Shown here one piece after another: positions 1 through 13,773 of a DNA stretch of 64,000 nucleotides (position 1 is its first letter; each line of letters begins with the position of its first letter). The stretch spans positions 1 through 64,000 of the forward strand of contig CAXUUL010000014.1 in assembly GCA_964255285.1 (NCBI GenBank), written 5' to 3'. This DNA is from Ionaspis alba (taxonomy: Eukaryota). The position numbers and the translations under genes are program-made. The notes below the pieces were generated by a model. It was not told where the DNA came from, did not search any database, and saw only the letters and a program-made list of their open reading frames with translations.

Positions 1-374
1 AAACCCCAACCTCAACAATCCACTCCACAACCTCCCAACCCTTCGCCCCAGCGCCCGGCGGCACCACCACCACCACCACCACCCTGCAAAGCAACAAATC
101 GGTATCTGACCCCTCCTCGTCATCACTTTCCGAACATCCCAATCTGCCAGAATGGAGCGACGCCCATTTACGCACGTATCTGGAAGACGATTCAGAGATT
201 AGAGATTTGTTGGTCGTCGTGCATGATCGGTCGCAGCTTGTGCCGCCCGGGCCGGACCATCATGTTGTGAGGGATTTGTGTAAGGAGGAGAGGGGGAGGT
301 TAGAGGGGATGGGGAGGAGATTGGATGGGTTGTTGAATGAGTTTTTGAGTCGGAAGAGGGGAGCTGTGAGGTAG
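1..374 (+). CDS. 3' end of a hypothetical protein (partial, begins upstream of the window)
   Basis: Open frame ...HPNLPEWSDAHLRTYLEDDSEIRDLLVVVHDRSQLVPPGPDHHVVRDLCKEERGRLEGMGRRLDGLLNEFLSRKRGAVR, ending at TAG 372-374. It shows the same C-rich to G-rich terminal composition as other genes here. Confidence 0.7.
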   Translation, partial: TPTSTIHSTTSQPFAPAPGGTTTTTTTLQSNKSVSDPSSSSLSEHPNLPEWSDAHLRTYLEDDSEIRDLLVVVHDRSQLVPPGPDHHVVRDLCKEERGRLEGMGRRLDGLLNEFLSRKRGAVR

Positions 375-1127
375 ATTGGGTTTGTTCTGATGGGTGTGGT
401 TAGGGGTGATGGTGGGCGGTTGTGTTTTCATGGTTTGGGCCTCGAGTGGCTATCGATGGGGCCATGTCTATCTTCGCTTTTGTGTTTTCCCTTCAATGTC
501 TATGTGAAGTCGAATGAGAGCTGGGTGGTTCGCTTTGGCCTACGTTCTTGTTTCTTGTTACTAGGGATCTTCGTTTGCTCTATACGGTGGCATTCTCGTC
601 CTCGTACAAGGATGGTGTCATTTTGTGGCTTGCTTTACTTGTATCTAAGGGCGTTTCTATGAAGGCGTTGATGGAGAGGGAGAAACGTTGTGGGTGATAC
701 CATAGCTATACTACCTTTTGCGTTATGACAAATCACTTGGCTATATACTCCAGCACAATTGCCTGCTCGACTTTGCGAGGGTGAAAATCTTAATGGAAGG
801 TCTATGCGTGAGTATCGATAAGAGCACATACGCCATATACCGGACTGTAAAGCAATCTCTAAAGACCGAGAGGTGTAACAATGGGCCATTATATGGGACG
901 AATGCAGTTGTTGCACACTTGCTCAAGCCACTTGCAGGCTTATCAATTAGCCCTAATGGTTCAAATATCCACCACCGACTCACTGAATGGCCCGTCAAAT
1001 TTCCATCGAACCGCAAAACAAGTTTGTAATCCTCGGGGTTGTCTCCGAGCTGAAAGCCGACGCCAACCTTGCCTTGCCGTCATCCCACTCATATCCGTAC
1101 CTACCCACCAGCCAGAAGCTGCAGAGC

Positions 1128-4100
1128 ATGGCATCGAGTTCTACAAGTCCGACAGCTGCAGCTACAGAGGTCACAGCACCGACACAGACTCATAAGCGGA
1201 CATATCAGGCGTGCGTGAGTGTTATCTCTCTTTTTCTTACGTCCATGTGAAGATCGCCTTGCGGGACCCCAGCTTCGTCTGTTTGGAATAGATAGCGGTG
1301 TGCGTATGAGGAGGATATGGGAGATTGCGATTGGTATCATTGTTACTTCTTATCTGGACTGACCTGGATCTATGTGACTGCAGATACCATGCCGCCGACG
1401 CAAAGTACGCTGCGACTTGGGTTCCGTCGACGAGCCGCATGATCCGCCATGCGTGAGATGCAGGCGGGAGAAGAAGGACTGCTTCTTCACGGAGACTCGG
1501 AGAAAGCGGAAAGCGGAAGATGACGCGGAGAATGACCATTCGAAAGCCAGAGAGCTAGATGACGGTTTCGTTGCGAGAAATCGACGTGCTCAAGGCGAAT
1601 ATGCAGCATATGGCGAAGGGCAAGATAGTACATATCCTGTACCTACACTCAGCTCGGCGAGTAACGCTTATGGAGGACAAGAAGGACTACGAATATCGAG
1701 TGGGAAGAAGGAGAAGACGCCTGGTGGTCGAGAAGTGACGAACGAGACTGCCGCAGCTCTGTTCCAGAGCCCGATCAATAACCCAGGAGATGCATTATAT
1801 CTCTTGGTTGACGCAGTGGCTAGGACGGGAGACTTGGAGAGGAAGAGCAGTCAGGCCAACGAGTCGTCAGCCCAGCAGGATCGAAGGCGACGTTCTTCGA
1901 TCCATCAGAACTCGCGTGGTCCAGGAAAAGCACAGATTCAGTCACCAGCGATCGATCCAGCCCTAGTGGGCGATCCCGAAGTCAACGAAGCACTCCAGAC
2001 GTGGTCGAGATTGAGATTTGTGAAAGCTGGGTGGTTTACTGCTAAGGAGGCTCTCTCGCTCATTGACTATTTCTACAAGCATCTGGCTCCTCTGACTCCG
2101 ATCTCTCCTCCTGATTTCCGTTCGCCATCCTCTCATGCTAGATTGTTGAATGACGAACCTATGCTTGCAGTCACGCTGCTCACTATCGCTGCTCGATACA
2201 AGAGGATGTCTGGTCCTGGCGCGCAATCTAGATCGTTTCTGATTCACGAGAAGCTGTGGGTGTATCTGCAGGGAATGATCACTCGGATGTTCTGGGGTCA
2301 AGAGCAGTTTGGAGGAGGCTTCTGTGGGGCTGGTACGGCAAAACGATCTAGCAACGGGAGAGGCTTGAGAAGCTTAGGAACTATCGAGAGGTAATCACAA
2401 ATCCGAGACTTTATGGACTTTCTCGAAGTGAGACTAACCAAGAACAGTCTCCTGCTTTTGAGCGACTGGCATCCTCGATCTATGCACTTTTCTCCAGGAG
2501 ACGATGGCGATGAAATTGCTTCCCCTCTACCAAAAGACAACGAGACTAGCGATACATCCAACTCTCCATCGTCAAATACTTACGCGAGTTGGACAGAGCC
2601 CGCTCTCAGATCCGACAGAATGACATGGAGCTTGGTAGGATATGCATACACGCTGTCTTACGAGTTAGGCATATTCGATAGCATGATCGATAATGGAGCA
2701 TGGGTACCGAAAAGTCAGTTCAAAACCTGTCACGACAGCGTTCGTGCAAATCGCATAGGACGACTACTACATATCTACGTCGCTCAGGCTTGCGGTAGAC
2801 TGGGTTTCCCTAATATGCTGCCTCATCAGAGAGACTTGACCAATATCGATTTTTTCAGGATGGAAGTAACTCCTGGGCATTTCTGTTAGTACTCCATCTC
2901 TATCGTTGGGCTCGTCTTATATATGTCATAGCTGGCCCTTCTGATCCTGACGAGTCTTCCGAACGAGTGCAACGGGCTTGGGCTGAGATCACAGCCTTGA
3001 TGAGAAGGTGCAACGCCGAGATGTTCGAATCTAAGGCGATGACTCGAGATAGGATAGAGTCAGGGGAGTATCTGAAGTATCTTGAGGACTACGGCCCTAG
3101 ACTTCGAGAGTGGCGGGAGAGGTTCAACAGTATTGAAGGTTTGGACCTTGTTTTTCTTCTCTCTTAGTGTAGCTGTATTGACTCTACCAGTACCTCCTCT
3201 TTCCAGGACTGCCTTGCTCATGGAGTATGAGTATACTCGTAAGCTATTTTGCTATCCTCGTCATATTGCTCGATAGTCGCTGATCGTTCAAGGGACGTAC
3301 ATCAATTCACTATCATTGCAAGCAGTCCTCGAGCAGTGTGTCATCACAAGCGAAGAAAGTACAAACTCAGGCCCCCAAGCGCAAACGCCGCCTGCACTAC
3401 TGCCGTCCAAGATGGTCAACGTGTACAAGGAAAATGCCGTTTACATTGCTGAAGTGGTTGACGCCTCGAGAAATTTACTACGCCATGTCGTTGAAGGGCT
3501 TGTTCCATATGATGGTCTGAAGCATGCACCTGTGAGGACTTACTTCAGGGTCTTATCTGGTGCTATGTTCTTGCTCAAGGTTAGTACTATCGTGTGGAGA
3601 AGACATATGTCAGCAACATACGGCTTGTGCACTGATTTTCCTTTTGTACCACCATCAACCAAAGTTCAGAAATATACTCACATCATCACCACAGACATTC
3701 GCCCTCGGCGCCAAAGAAAAAGAAGTCTCAACCTCCATCTCCCTCCTCGACGCCACAATCTCCGCCCTACGCACAAACGTCGTCGATGACGTCCACCTCA
3801 GTCTCCGCATCGCCGATCTCCTCCACGGCCTCACAGCCAGTATCCGGACAAAATTCGTCCGCCTAGCAATACCCTCCCGCCCAACTACCAAACGCTCCAA
3901 CCATCCACAGAAGACTCCTCACCACCACCAACACCAGCACTCTGACTCCCATCCCCGACTGCTTTCGCCCAAAAGCAATGCCCGGAAACAAAGCACCACA
4001 ACCCACCCGCAGCAAGCAAACGCCTCATCCCACTTCCCCGACTCCTCTCCGCCATCCTCCCGTGTCCAGGGTATAGCAACCAATCTCGTCGATCCGAACG

Positions 4101-4579
4101 ACGCTTCCATCACCATCATGCCGCCTCCCGACTACATCTACAATCCCTTTCCCAGCGCCTCGAACGCAAGCGGCAGTCCGAATCTCTACAATCCGCTCTC
4201 GCCCCACCAATCCTTTAGTCACCAGTCCTTCACGCAGAACCAAGGTCTGCAATCCCCACAACAACACCAGCAACAACACCATCAGCAACAGCCCTTCACT
4301 TGGAGTCCCCCCTCCACAACCATCAACACCGTCAGCGGTCCCTCCTCCAGTCCCGGCATGGCCAACTCGAGCGGGAGCGGTGGAGGAAGCGCTTACGACT
4401 GGCTTGCGCTCGACGTCAACAAATTGCTTAATCCTGGTGCGGGAAACGGAGGAAGTAGTGCGGAAATGGGATGGGCAGGCGCGTTTGGGCCGGATATTGG
4501 AGATAGTTTGGAGATGTTGGGGGTGTTGGGAGGTGAGGGGTATGGAGTTTTTGGGGAGGGAGGACCAGGGATTTGGTAG
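1128..4579 (+). CDS. ARO80: Zn2Cys6 transcription factor, Aro80-like
   Basis: ATG at 1128. Splicing intron 1215-1383 (GTGAGT..CAG) gives HKRTYQAC|IPCRRRKVRCDLGSVDEPHDPPCVRCRREKKDCFFTETRRKRK. Later motifs include WSRLRFVKAGWFT, RMFWGQEQFGGGFCGAG, LKHAPVRTYFR and VVDDVHL. Further introns lie near 2391-2447, 2885-2931, 3139-3190, 3239-3292 and 3580-3694. Confidence 0.9.
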
Positions 4580-4986
4580 ATTGAGAGAGAGGGCGATGGG
4601 GACGGCTTTTTGAGCGGGGAGTTGGTGGTGGAGCTGCTTGAGCTGTTTCGGCCTGCGTGCTATCTTTTGTTTGTTGTGAGGACGGACGGGTTCTTGCTGG
4701 AAATGGATGTGGAACGATAGTCTACTGGAATCTCGAATTGGCTTAGCTAGGCGCATGGTCCGGAATATGTTGGTCATTCATAGTGCTGTCATTAATCACT
4801 AGAGGCTAGCTAATAGTGGACAAACCGACTCGCTATCCCCACATGGGTTCCAAAGATGTAGTCAGTACGCCCAATCCGATGCTCGCATTTTACCATCCAA
4901 TCCGCATCTCAAGAGATCGAAAACGCCCTTCGCACTGACCTTACCATATTTACATAACGAATCTATTCCAAAAGCAGTAATGACGA

Positions 4987-6461
4987 CTAGTAGCCCCCGC
5001 CATATGTCGAAGTACGGTGCGTCGAGTGCGGGTACGTGCTGCTGGCGTACTCTGAATTGGCATCGTGGTAGTGAGAAGCACGACGGTCTTCTTCGGGAAT
5101 AAGCTCCTTTACTTCCCAATTGCCTTGTTTNNNNNNNNNNNNNNNNNNNNNNNNNNNNNNNNNNNNNNNNNNNNNNNNNNNNNNNNNNNNNNNNNNNNNN
5201 NNNNNNNNNNNNNNNNNNNNNNNNNNNNNNGCTCCTTTACTTCCCAATTGCCTTGTTTGGTGCCGACGCTGAACTCGAGGTCCTCCTTTGTGATGGAGTC
5301 CCAATACTGTTGAGGAGTGGAAATTAGCAGATGTTCCGATTCTGCAGCCAAGGATTGGCGTAGGTGACAAAGCAGGAAACGGGAAACTCATGAGAGAAAA
5401 CTGATAGATGGTGTCACATGATTGAGCACGTACCTTGTACACCATCATGACGGCCAGCAGATTGCAGATGGTGGCGAAGAACAGCCCGTCCAGGTAGTGC
5501 TGTGCACCTTCACATATCTTATCGCCGAAGACGTACAGAATAACCTGACCAATGACAAAGAAGCAAACTCCAAAGGTAATATCTCCGAGCGGCCATCTAT
5601 CCTGGAGCGTATTCGCGACCAATATAATCTGCATGACCACATACACCAAAAGACAAATACCATTGACAAGATACAAAACCACAAACAGCCCAATCGTCTT
5701 CGTAGGTCCGAGACCCACCTTATCCATAAACGTCAAGATCGACACCGCGCCCGAGATGAAGAACATAGCGATGGAGCAACCGCGCAGCAGCCATACCGAC
5801 TGCGTGGTTCCGTCTTCATACAACTGAAAGCCGACGAAACCGTTGATGAGCAGACAGGTGCAAAGCGCAGAGGTGAAGCCGTTCTGCACCGCGACGAAGT
5901 AAGGGTAGACGCCAGAAGCAGGGGTGATGACGCCTGAGTCCAGGACGAGGGAGACGACGGTCAGGAGCATGTAGATGTAGAAGAAGGTGGTGATTTCCTT
6001 GCGGCCTGTAGCGATTGACGAGAACGGATCTCCGTGTCAGTGACTTTTGGTCTTTGCTCTCACTCTGCGTATGTCTCGCTTGCGAAAGGGGAATTGTTAG
6101 GCGAAAAAAACCCGGGGCATTGGGTACACAAGAGGGCTTGTGCTCTGCTTTGACGAAGAAGACGCAGCAGGAAAGATGTAGGGAGCAGTAGTAGGGGTGG
6201 TTTTGTTTCTGTAGCTCACTTACCGACAGCCGTGAACTTCGATCGCACATGGATGATCATGACTGTTGTCATCGCTAAGGCCAAGATATGCATGAAATCC
6301 GTGGCGGCTTCGAAGATGATGGTGTTGGCCAGCTCGATGCTCCGTGCATAGCATTTCGCCTCCAGTCCCGTCGTACCGGTGATGGGTGATGTTGGACCCA
6401 CCAGGGAGCAGAGCGGTAGGGCGCTCTTGGAGCATATGGTCTCGAAGTCGCCGAAGCCCAT
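4987..6461 (-). CDS. CHS7: Chitin synthase export chaperone (multi-pass ER membrane protein)
   Basis: [10 protein letters not shown]...[15 protein letters not shown]...[14 protein letters not shown]..., [49 protein letters not shown]. Two introns. The last exon spans the N gap. Confidence 0.95.
5131..5230. other. Assembly gap (100 N) flanked by an identical 28-bp duplication
   Basis: gctcctttacttcccaattgccttgttt occurs at both 5103-5130 and 5231-5258. Confidence 0.95.
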
Positions 6462-9006
6462 CTTGGTGGGTTCGAGGCAGCGGATGTGGTGGATAGGCCA
6501 GGCTCTTCTCTAGGTGTCTGCGACTGTGGAGAGGGATGTAGGTAGAGACTTGGAAACGGGTGCCGCGATCGTGATGCAGAAGAGCCTCCGATTGTGCGAT
6601 GAACGAGAGTGGGTATAAGGATGATCGTGGCTATTGTAGGTATTGTTATGTTGTATAACGAGCGTGGTTGTGGTAGCGTGTATTGCTGCGTTTTTTGCAG
6701 TTTTGCCTGTTGTTGTTGATGCTAGATGAGACCTGCGATGTCTCTCTGACTTGCTAGTCCAAGAATAGATGCGTGTCCCAGCCACAAAGAGCTTAGCGTC
6801 GATCAGGCGAGAAAGGTTCAAGCGTTGAGGTCTGTCGACTCGGCAATAGGGAGTGGCCCGTATAAAGGCCCAAGTGCATACGAGGTCCTTCCTACACATA
6901 TGATACGCATGTCTTTGCATGTCTTTGCAGGTCTCTATCGTCTCATGCAGAGTAAATTGCTGTGTTTATTGCATTCGCTACCCTGCTCCTGTCCACGGTC
7001 CTGCCTACGATTGGCGAATCGAGGCATTCTGACAGGCCTCGCGTATAGTAAAAAGTGCCGCTGTCCAACTGATCCCGTTCCGTCTTTCCGAAATCTTCGT
7101 CCTACTGGAACACTTTCTGCATCCTTCTGACCTTCTGAACGGCGGCCCGTCACTCATGCAGTAGTAGCAGCACAGATAGATGTCTCTCCTGTCCATTGGG
7201 ACCTTGTCGACCTGGCCCTATCTGTCCAACGTGCAACGTCGCCCAGACACCACATCCCACGCAAAGCCTGTCGTTTCTCTCCCCTTTCCACACCCTTGTT
7301 TCTGCCCCTAAAGCTGTCACGTCTGCTCTAGAAGCGATATCCGACCCAACCTGTTGAGTCTGCACTGGTAATCATCCGCCTTCCCCGAGCTAGCAGCTCT
7401 CTCCTGAATGTCTCCGCCTAACCATTTAAGGGCTTGGGAGGCTTTGGTCCAGTTTTTGTGCCGTTAGATGGCTCTTGGGCCCTTCTAGAAGATCCACATA
7501 GGATGAAGATATTACGACATTGTGACCAGATCCCTACCACGTGCCGCGCTCTCCAGTCCACATTTTCATCACCAATTCTTATTGATCCATCCCTTCATGG
7601 AAGCGCCTGCGCTTGTATCAATGCTCGCAGATGCAATAGAGTGGTGATCTCGCAGCGGCTCCTAATGGATCTCCGATCGTAGTTCCTCTCTAGCATGGCC
7701 GGTCGGCATCCTGCGTTGTTGCTGGGTACGGTAGAATGTCGGCCAAGCCCTGTTCGATTCCTCCTTCGCTTCTTTTTTTCTCTCCTTCTCCTGATTTCCT
7801 GTTGGATCTGCTGTCCAACTCCCCACCCCGGTTGATGACACCGATCGTTGATTGAGATTATCGTCACAAGCCCGGAATCGGGACCGGCCATCCAATCAGC
7901 TTTCAAGACCAGATGAAGTCGTGTGCTTGAGCCTATGACGGGGGTACAACTCGTCGCGTATATCAGATGCTGTGAAATCTTCTCTGTCGTTTGCCCCCTC
8001 CCCCTCCAGACTTGCCCCTGTTCTTCCTCACTCCGGACGTGAATCCGTTTGTCAATGCTGTGTTTTGTTCGTACTCACACACACACCCTTTTTGTCAAAA
8101 TCATGGTTGAGGTACTACCGCTACTTCCGCTCCATTCGGCACTTGGACAACCGTTGCTAGTTCTAACTTTTTTGCACCTGTCAAACTTTACCAAACTTTA
8201 CCCAAGTCACGGTCTCTAGCCTGATAGGTACACTGCTACCTTTCCTTAGACAACCCCCAAAGCCGCCGAAGGGAAACCCAGTGCTTTGACCGCTCATGCC
8301 AGCCGGGACCCTTTCGATCGCTTTCTTTTGCGCTCTCTGCTGTATAGTCCATTTCGTTCCACCCCCCCGGCCATACGTGGATCATCCTCGTCTTCCACGA
8401 TGGCTGACGCATGACCTCTCTGTTGCGCAAGTACGGTCTTGGACCACCTGGTGGGACCTGCCCTTCTTCCAGATCACAGACCCTGGTCGTCGCCCCCAGA
8501 GCGTGTGAAAAAATATATCAATGGGCACAATGCGGCAAATCTCTCCTTGTACCATGGACTTTTGGCTGCATCTGCGTGCTCGCCTTGCCTACGATACCTC
8601 CTTCCGCCATGTGAACCTGCTGCAAACGCCGGTACTTTCTGCAGCAACGAGACTGTAGCTCAATGCAAGGGGCCTGCAGCTGTACTGTCAACATTTTCTC
8701 CTGCTCTACAGCCGCGATAGGTTTTGTCATATATCAAGCCCGCGAAGCCGAGTCATAAAGACGACATTGCCCTTGGATCATCATCAACAACAGCCTCAAG
8801 CATACCAACTCGTACCCTCCCTTCCAAGAGAGTCGTCGTCCACAGCAAGTAACATTCTCCATTGAGGGAGCTAGAAGACTCCATTGCTGATAGCTTCTCC
8901 CAAGGCACTAGTTCTTCCAACCATCGAGCCGTTCAAGACCAGGACCCGCCGACATTTGTCCAGACCTTGTATCCACATCTTCCGACCTCATTCCGATACT
9001 TCCATC

Positions 9007-9168
9007 ATGTGCCAGTACTTTCGGAATTACTACGTCTACAGCTCTTGTATACACCGAGCCATCCACTATTTCAGAACCGAGATGGACGGAACAAGAGACC
9101 CACGATGCTCCCGAGGACCTCACGAGCGGTACATTGTGGTATCAGGGACCTGCAGCCAGTGTCGTTAA
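9007..9168 (+). CDS. Small 53-aa Cys/His-rich protein
   Basis: The ATG sits in a catcATG context. Translation is MCQYFRNYYVYSSCIHRAIHYFRTEMDGTRDPRCSRGPHERYIVVSGTCSQCR*, with an MC..C..H..C..H..CxxC pattern like other fungal small metal-binding proteins. Confidence 0.6.
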   Translation: MCQYFRNYYVYSSCIHRAIHYFRTEMDGTRDPRCSRGPHERYIVVSGTCSQCR

Positions 9169-11901
9169 CACGAGGTATGAACGCCGGCGTGGCGTTAGTA
9201 CCTTCGTGGAAACAAGGGACCCGTAGAGGGAACATAGAATGGTATGATAGAGACTCTCGATATCCACATAGAGCCCTACTAATGGCATCAGACAATCAAC
9301 AGAGCGATCTGTTATATCTAGGCTGAATCAGGAACACTCGGAGTTTCAGGAACCATTTGTAATATGCCAATAATCGACTCAAACGGAGAATGCAGAGTCT
9401 CGGTGTACCTTCGTCGCAACCACTGAATTACGGCAATCCATCATCGAAATTACTGGTCTGAGGGGGGTTTTCTTACCATGCTCGATGAAAAATGAAAATC
9501 GACGTTGTTTTTTCGGTCCCGCCTTGGCGCGACACGTGTTGGGTCACATTAGCCTTTGCGGCAAGATGCAGGACGGAAGAAGAACAAGGATTCAACCATT
9601 TTACCGTCCTGTTTTCTGCTTGCAACAGCCGGATGATGATATTGATAATTTTTGCTTTTTCTTCTTGCCTTTTCACTAATACTGATCACTTGGTTTCTTC
9701 ATGATACCCTGATCTGCGTTGCCCGTCTCCTGATATTACAATAATAATCCACAAACAATGATTTCGCTTGCCACATGCGCCAGCCGGGCTGTTTCATCTC
9801 GTACTGACTAGCTTCACTGTTGTCCAAGCTTTGCAGAATTTACTCGCATGAAACATGTGCTGCTGCGCTTTGAGGCAATCACTCGGCAATCAGTCATCCA
9901 TACGAAGAACTTCGGAGCACGGCTGTGGGGTGAGTACACGCAATCGTTGTGAAGCCTTGCTGAGAAACAAACCCGCCAAAGGGCCACCAGCCACAGAGCC
10001 CTTCATCCCTTTTACCAGCTCACTCCTCGCTCGCGCCTCAAAACCGCATTCAGACAGTCCAATCAATCGGACCGAAATTTTCTCATCACATCATCGTTCG
10101 TCACCACTCCCGGTCTCCCAAGCCTGCATATCCTTTCCTGCCAAAAAGGGGGCAACCCCCACCCCTAATGCCGTATACCGCGCCCTGAAACCCCCAGTAT
10201 ATGCAAACCTTAACCCCGATAACAACCATACCGCTTACCGCGCTCCGCGGGCCCTACCGTCTGCCCCTTTTCCATACCCGTTTCCTTTGACCCCCTTCCC
10301 CACATTCCTACCCCAGACATCTTTGTCGAAACCAACGAACCCAAAAATTCAAATCAAATCATGCCCGCTTAATCTCACTCCAAGGCCCCCAATCCCGCAG
10401 ACCTGACACATAACCACCACTACCGACAAGACAGCCGTAGCCACATCTCGCGTCGCTGTCAGTTGCGATGCAAGAGGCACGAGCTCAAAGCACGCAAAAG
10501 CCTGCCACATACCGGCTCGGTCCGAGCACGGACCCTGCAGCTGCCGCCCAATCAGAAGCAATAGGCTTTGGATGTTGAAGTCAATGCTCAGGGATTCGAA
10601 AGCCGCGGAAACGTGAGGGCCTCATGGCGGGCACGTGGCGGTGAGATGAGGGTGGAAGGGTCTGGCCGGTGGTTTGATGTGGTTGCCGAGGCAGGTGCAT
10701 AGTGAGGATGGCTGGCTGGCTGGTTGGCTGGGTTGAATTTGTGACGGGTCTGGCAAGTACGAGCTGGTGCCTGGACGTGCAGTATTGACATGTTACCTTG
10801 TAGTCTTGACCGGAGGTGCATCTTGTGTTCCTGGAAGAGGAAGAGGTTGTGCTGGGCTCTTGTAGAAACAAGCGAGATTCTTATGCCCTACATTTGCTAC
10901 TCGAAGTCGCTTTCCTGATGTGCCATTTCCATGTGCCTGACCCGACGCGTATTGGGTTCTCTCTTCTCACCCCTTCCGCTCTTCTCCCGTCGATTCACGT
11001 TTTCCGGTTTCTCCGATTCGTCTTCCACGTTCACTTCATTCCTAATGTACATCCACCCTTTGTCACTCGAGATCCTGTGTGTTCCTATGTCGTTCGTCAG
11101 ATCCTTTTTCGCGCCGGAGTCGTCTCAATTCCCACTCTCAACCAATTTGTTGCTTACAAGTTTCCCTGTGGGAAGAGACAGATGGGAAGGAATACAACCT
11201 ACAACAAAGACAAATAGATACATGAGCGGGAATTTGGAGAGAGCTGTGGTATAGTGAGATTGATATCAAAAGCCCAGCACTTGATTTGAGGGCTCAGTGA
11301 GCATCGTGGATTAGACATCCATTGCTAAACAGCGAGGGAGTGTGTGGCGCAACCGCGGAGGCGGCAGTCTCAACACAAGGCAGAGGCGTCGAGACGTGGA
11401 TCGCCACATTTAGGAAATGGCAGGAAGGAAGACAGCCAGAAACAAGAATGAAAGTCACAGTCGAGATCGATTATACCTATCACCCACGATCTTCTTATTC
11501 CAGAATCATCGTTCTCAAGAGCACGAAGCCACAAATGAGATTAACACACCTCTATGGATCTTGATGCTCGGTATAGGTACAAACACTCTCCGAGGATCTA
11601 GAAGCAATCCACATGCAACACCTTTCCCGAATAATCCACTCCCTTACGGGACAAGAGTCCCGCAACGAATGCAGCATCAACAGAACACCACAGCAAAATG
11701 CAAAACCCTTTCTCTTCCACGCATGCATGCCAAAGCTAAGGAAAATGTTCTCGTCGTGGGTATACAGCATCTCTCACCATCTCCATCCGACAGCATAGCA
11801 TACCCATCTTCGACGTTCTCGTTATATGCACATCTACCATCTCTTTGACTTCCACATTTATATCCTTTACCACTTCCATTATCATCTACCACCACCACCA
11901 A

Positions 11902-13097
11902 TCATATGTACACCTGGAACATCGCCTTCGGCGTACTGACCAACGCCTTCCCACACCCCTCGACAACACAATGTGAGAAAGGTTTCGTGGGTACCTGGCG
12001 GACCTGACGGGGTTTCGTCTTGTGTCGAAATTTGGTGCAGGTGCCGCAGTAGACCTATAGTAAGCCCAGCATCAGCAACTTGATCTTGACCCAAACACTC
12101 TAAAGCATGGTTATAATGTAGAGCAACCTACATGACCACAATTCTTAACAACCCAAACCTGCCTCTCTAACTCGCCCTCTCCAACCCCCAACTCCCTCTC
12201 ACAATTCGGACAAACAATCTCATCGTCCTCTCGCGGCGACCTCGTGAACCCCAGTCTCGCAGGCGGTGGTGGTTTGAACGCCGGCACCCTCCTCGGCGGA
12301 CTCTCATGCCCCAATTGAAAGCCCTGACTCTCAAAGTCCAGGTCGTGAGGTACTCTGTGGCGAGCCCATCCAGGAGGTGTAATATGCTCTTGAGGGCCGC
12401 GTTGCCACGCCATAGCGCGATGGAACCGCGTATGCGGGAGGTGTGGCCGCGAGCCGGAGAGCGAGCGATACATGTCTTCTGAGTTCAGAACGTTGGCCAC
12501 AGCGTCGCCGGCAGGGCCTCCTGGGACGTAGTTCCAGAGGGAGCGGATGAGAGACGCACCTGGTATTGAGGGTAGGTGGACGCCTTCTGGGTGATGAGAA
12601 GCTCGATTTGAGTGGTTTCGAAGCAGGGCGGTGTAGGCTGCTATGCCTTGTGGCGGTGGGGCTGGAGGCGGTGGGTCGGGCTGACGGAGGGGACGTGAGC
12701 CGAGAATTTCGACATCGGGGCTTGTGTTGTTGTCGGTGTTTGGGAGGGTTTCGTCTGTGTCGGGGAAGATGCCGGAGTCGTAGTCGCCGAAGAGATTGTC
12801 GTTGTCGTCGTCGATGAGGTCGATGATGTCTTCTCTGGAGTAGCGTGGACCTCGATTGGCTCTTGTGGACGTCGACGTGGAGGCGTTTGTGAGAGAGATG
12901 GGTTGGGTTGGGCTGTCGGGCTCTGTGGTCAGGTCGATCACATTGGGAGCTGGCTGGGACATTGTGGGCCGTCGATGATCCAGGCCGTCGCCTGGGAATC
13001 TGAAGGTTGGAAGGCTGGGTTGAGAGGCGGAGGATGTGGTGTTGAGAGATTGTGGAAATTGGAGAGCCCACGAGTTCCTTGAGCCTTGTCTCGACAT
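11902..13097 (-). CDS. SIM-containing RING-variant protein, Slx5/Rfp1-like SUMO-targeted ubiquitin ligase subunit
   Basis: SIM-like motifs VIDLTTE, IIDLIDDD and DVEIL. The C-terminal CPNC..KNCGH|VYCGTC..CVVEGC..MFQVYI* appears after splicing intron ~12131-12056. Confidence 0.7.
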
Positions 13098-13773
13098 CTG
13101 ATCGTGACTCCTCTGCAGGAAAGTCTTAGCTTGGTGGATTTGATGTATGACAAATGCAGGATGGAAGAGAATGGATGCTCACCTTGCGGCTCTCATGGTG
13201 TGTTGAGGCTTGTTCGAAGTAATTCCGATCTTCCATGTGTCCGCCGCAATACAGTAGATCCACGCGCTAAATGTGAAAAGATTGAGACGACGACCGAAGT
13301 GATGAGGACAGTGAGTTCCGGTCGTGAGGGACTGAGGAGGGGGGAAAGGATGATCGAAGTTGGATGTCGAGTAGATTCAGGGAAGCCGCGGCAGGTGGTG
13401 ACATACATAGGCGAGAAGCAAGCCTTGGACGACGGCTATTTTTGCCACAAGAGAGCATATTTCCCTTCACTTCGTGGATGAACATCTTCACCCAAAGCTC
13501 TGGTTGCGACACGTTGAGTGGTTGTGACACTGAAATCTTGGTTGCCGACAGTTCTCATGAGAGTTAGGAGAAATGCTTCACAGGCAGGCGACACAATCTA
13601 TTATCTGATTGAAAGGGTCGGGAATCCTCCGCCCCGAGATATGTCCTATTGAAAACACAAACTATCTGAATCATGGTTTCGACCAAAGCACCACTCCTGT
13701 TGCCATTGCTTGTTCTGACCTCTTCCTTCCATATTTGCACACAGAGATATCTTTTTCCACCCCATTCGCATAG

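Noticed and set aside
1128..4579. ARO80-like factor as regulator of the cluster
   Set aside because: It lies more than 36 kb away, beyond a dozen housekeeping genes, and is a conserved core regulator.
4025..4777. 250-aa antisense ORF over the ARO80 3' end, and similar shadow ORFs at 12331-13071, 25422-26051 and 26722-27306
   Set aside because: These are by-products of skewed, stop-poor composition overlapping real genes, with no recognisable motifs.
9855..10406. 183-aa Pro-rich ORF in the long intergenic region
   Set aside because: Low-complexity C-rich sequence with no domain or splice support.
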